The translations under genes and the position numbers were made by a program. A stretch of 20,000 nt of DNA from Dudresnaya verticillata (taxonomy: Eukaryota): positions 2,715,245 to 2,735,244 of the forward strand of contig OZ374564.1 of the NCBI GenBank assembly GCA_977862235.1. Reading direction: 5' to 3'. Each line of letters starts with the position of its first letter. Position 1 is the stretch's first letter. The notes below the pieces were generated by a model. It had not been told where the DNA came from, did not search any database, and saw only the letters and a list, made by a program, of their open reading frames with translations. Below are positions 18,531 through 20,000 of this stretch, piece after piece.

Positions 18531-20000
18531 TTTAGGGGTTTAGGGGTTTAGGGGTTTAGGGGTTCAGGGGTTTAGGGGTTTTAGGGTTTAGGGGTTTAGG
18601 GGTTTTTAGGGGTTTAGGGGTTTAGGGGTTTAGGGGTTTAGGGGTTTTAGGGGTTTAGGGGTTTAGGGGTTTAGGGGTTTTTAGGGGTTTAGGGGTTTAG
18701 GGGTTTAGGGGTTTTTAGGGGTTTTAGGGGTTTTAGGGGTTTTAGGGGTTTTTAGGGGTTTTAGGGGTTTTAGGGTTTAGGGGTTTAGGGGTTTAGGGGT
18801 TTAGGGGTTTAGGGGTTTTAGGGGTTTAGGGGTTTAGGGGTTTAGGGGTTTAGGGGTTTAGGGGTTTAGGGGTTTAGGGGTTTAGGGGTTTAGGGTTTAG
18901 GGGTTTAGGGGTTTAGGGGTTTAGGGTTTAGGGGTTTTAGGGGTTTAGGGGTTTAGGGGTTTAGGGGTTTAGGGGTTTTAGGGGTTTTAGGGGTTTAGGG
19001 GTTTAGGGGTTTAGGGGTTTAGGGGTTTAGGGTTTTAGGGGTTTTAGGGGTTTAGGGGTTTAGGGGTTTAGGGGTTTAGGGGTTTAGGGGTTTTAGGGGT
19101 TTAGGGGTTTAGGGGTTTAGGGGTTTAGGGGTTTTAGGGGTTTTTAGGGGTTTTAGGGGTTTTAGGGGTTTAGGGGTTTAGGGGTTTAGGGTTTAGGGGT
19201 TTAGGGGTTTAGGGGTTTAGGGGTTTAGGGGTTTAGGGGTTTTAGGGGTTTTAGGGGTTTAGGGGTTTTAGGGGTTTTAGGGGTTTAGGGGTTTAGGGGT
19301 TTAGGGTTTAGGGGTTTAGGGGTTTAGGGGTTTAGGGGTTTAGGGGTTTAGGGGTTTAGGGGTTTAGGGGTTTAGGGGTTTAGGGGTTTTAGGGGTTTAG
19401 GGGTTTAGGGGTTTAGGGGTTTAGGGGTTTAGGGGTTTAGGGGTTTAGGGGTTTAGGGGTTTAGGGGTTTAGGGGTTTAGGGGTTTAGGGGTTTAGGGGT
19501 TTAGGGGTTTAGGGGTTTAGGGGTTTAGGGGTTTAGGGGTTTAGGGGTTTAGGGGTTTAGGGGTTTAGGGGTTTAGGGGTTTAGGGGTTTAGGGGTTTAG
19601 GGGTTTAGGGGTTTAGGGGTTTAGGGGTTTAGGGGTTTAGGGGTTTAGGGGTTTAGGGGTTTAGGGGTTTAGGGTTTAGGGGTTTAGGGGGTTAGGGTTT
19701 AGGGGTTTAGGGGTTTAGGGGTTTAGGGGTTTAGGGTTTAGGGGTTTAGGGGTTTAGGGGTTTAGGGGTTTAGTTTAGGGGTTTAGGGGTTTAGGGGTTT
19801 AGGGTTTAGGGGTTTAGGGGTTTAGGGGTTTAGGGTTTAGGGGTTTAGGGGTTTAGGGGTTTAGGGTTTGAGGGTTAGGGGTTTTTTAGGGGGGTTAGGG
19901 GTTTTAGGGGGGTGAGGGGTGGATTGGGGGTTGGGGTTAGTTGGGGTTGTAGGGGTTTAGGGGTGTTGGGGGGTACGGGGTTAGCTGCTTCGGGGGGGGG
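18531..20000 (+). repeat. Telomere, (TTTAGGGG)n, G-rich strand running toward the chromosome end
   Basis: About 1.35 kb of the 8-mer TTTAGGGG, with T4/T5 and G3 variants proximally and a near-perfect block at ~19390-19670. The last ~130 nt are degenerate. Confidence 0.98.

Noticed and set aside
19870..20000. Distinct terminal G-rich sequence
   Set aside because: Most likely low-coverage consensus error at the contig end.

Overview
Right-hand end of a eukaryotic chromosome, possibly an intron-poor alga such as a red alga (inference only). It ends in about 1.35 kb of G-strand telomeric (TTTAGGGG)n from 18531. From 1 to about 3700 is a head-to-tail, all-plus-strand mosaic of broken fragments of unrelated genes: ASNSD1-like, stonustoxin-like plus FN3, possibly CLASP-like, RPL3, mitochondrial intermediate peptidase and GH16. 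The main feature is a ~7.5 kb cassette (6759-14214) holding an intact 1555-aa ORF and a convergent small basic ORF. Two tandem arrays bracket them and share one 34-bp imperfect palindrome, CCGGATAG[C/G]ACCG-TAATCTTA-CGGTGCCATCCGG, with loxP-like 13-8-13 geometry: 6 copies on the left, 15 plus 2 half copies on the right. The C-terminal third of the large ORF shows, by eye, tyrosine-recombinase/protelomerase-like motifs but no obvious catalytic Tyr. Distal to the cassette are a Sel1-repeat pseudogene, a 102-bp CCAAT-box tandem repeat and an 87-bp duplication seeded with telomeric units. All family assignments come from motif recognition by eye, not from searches.
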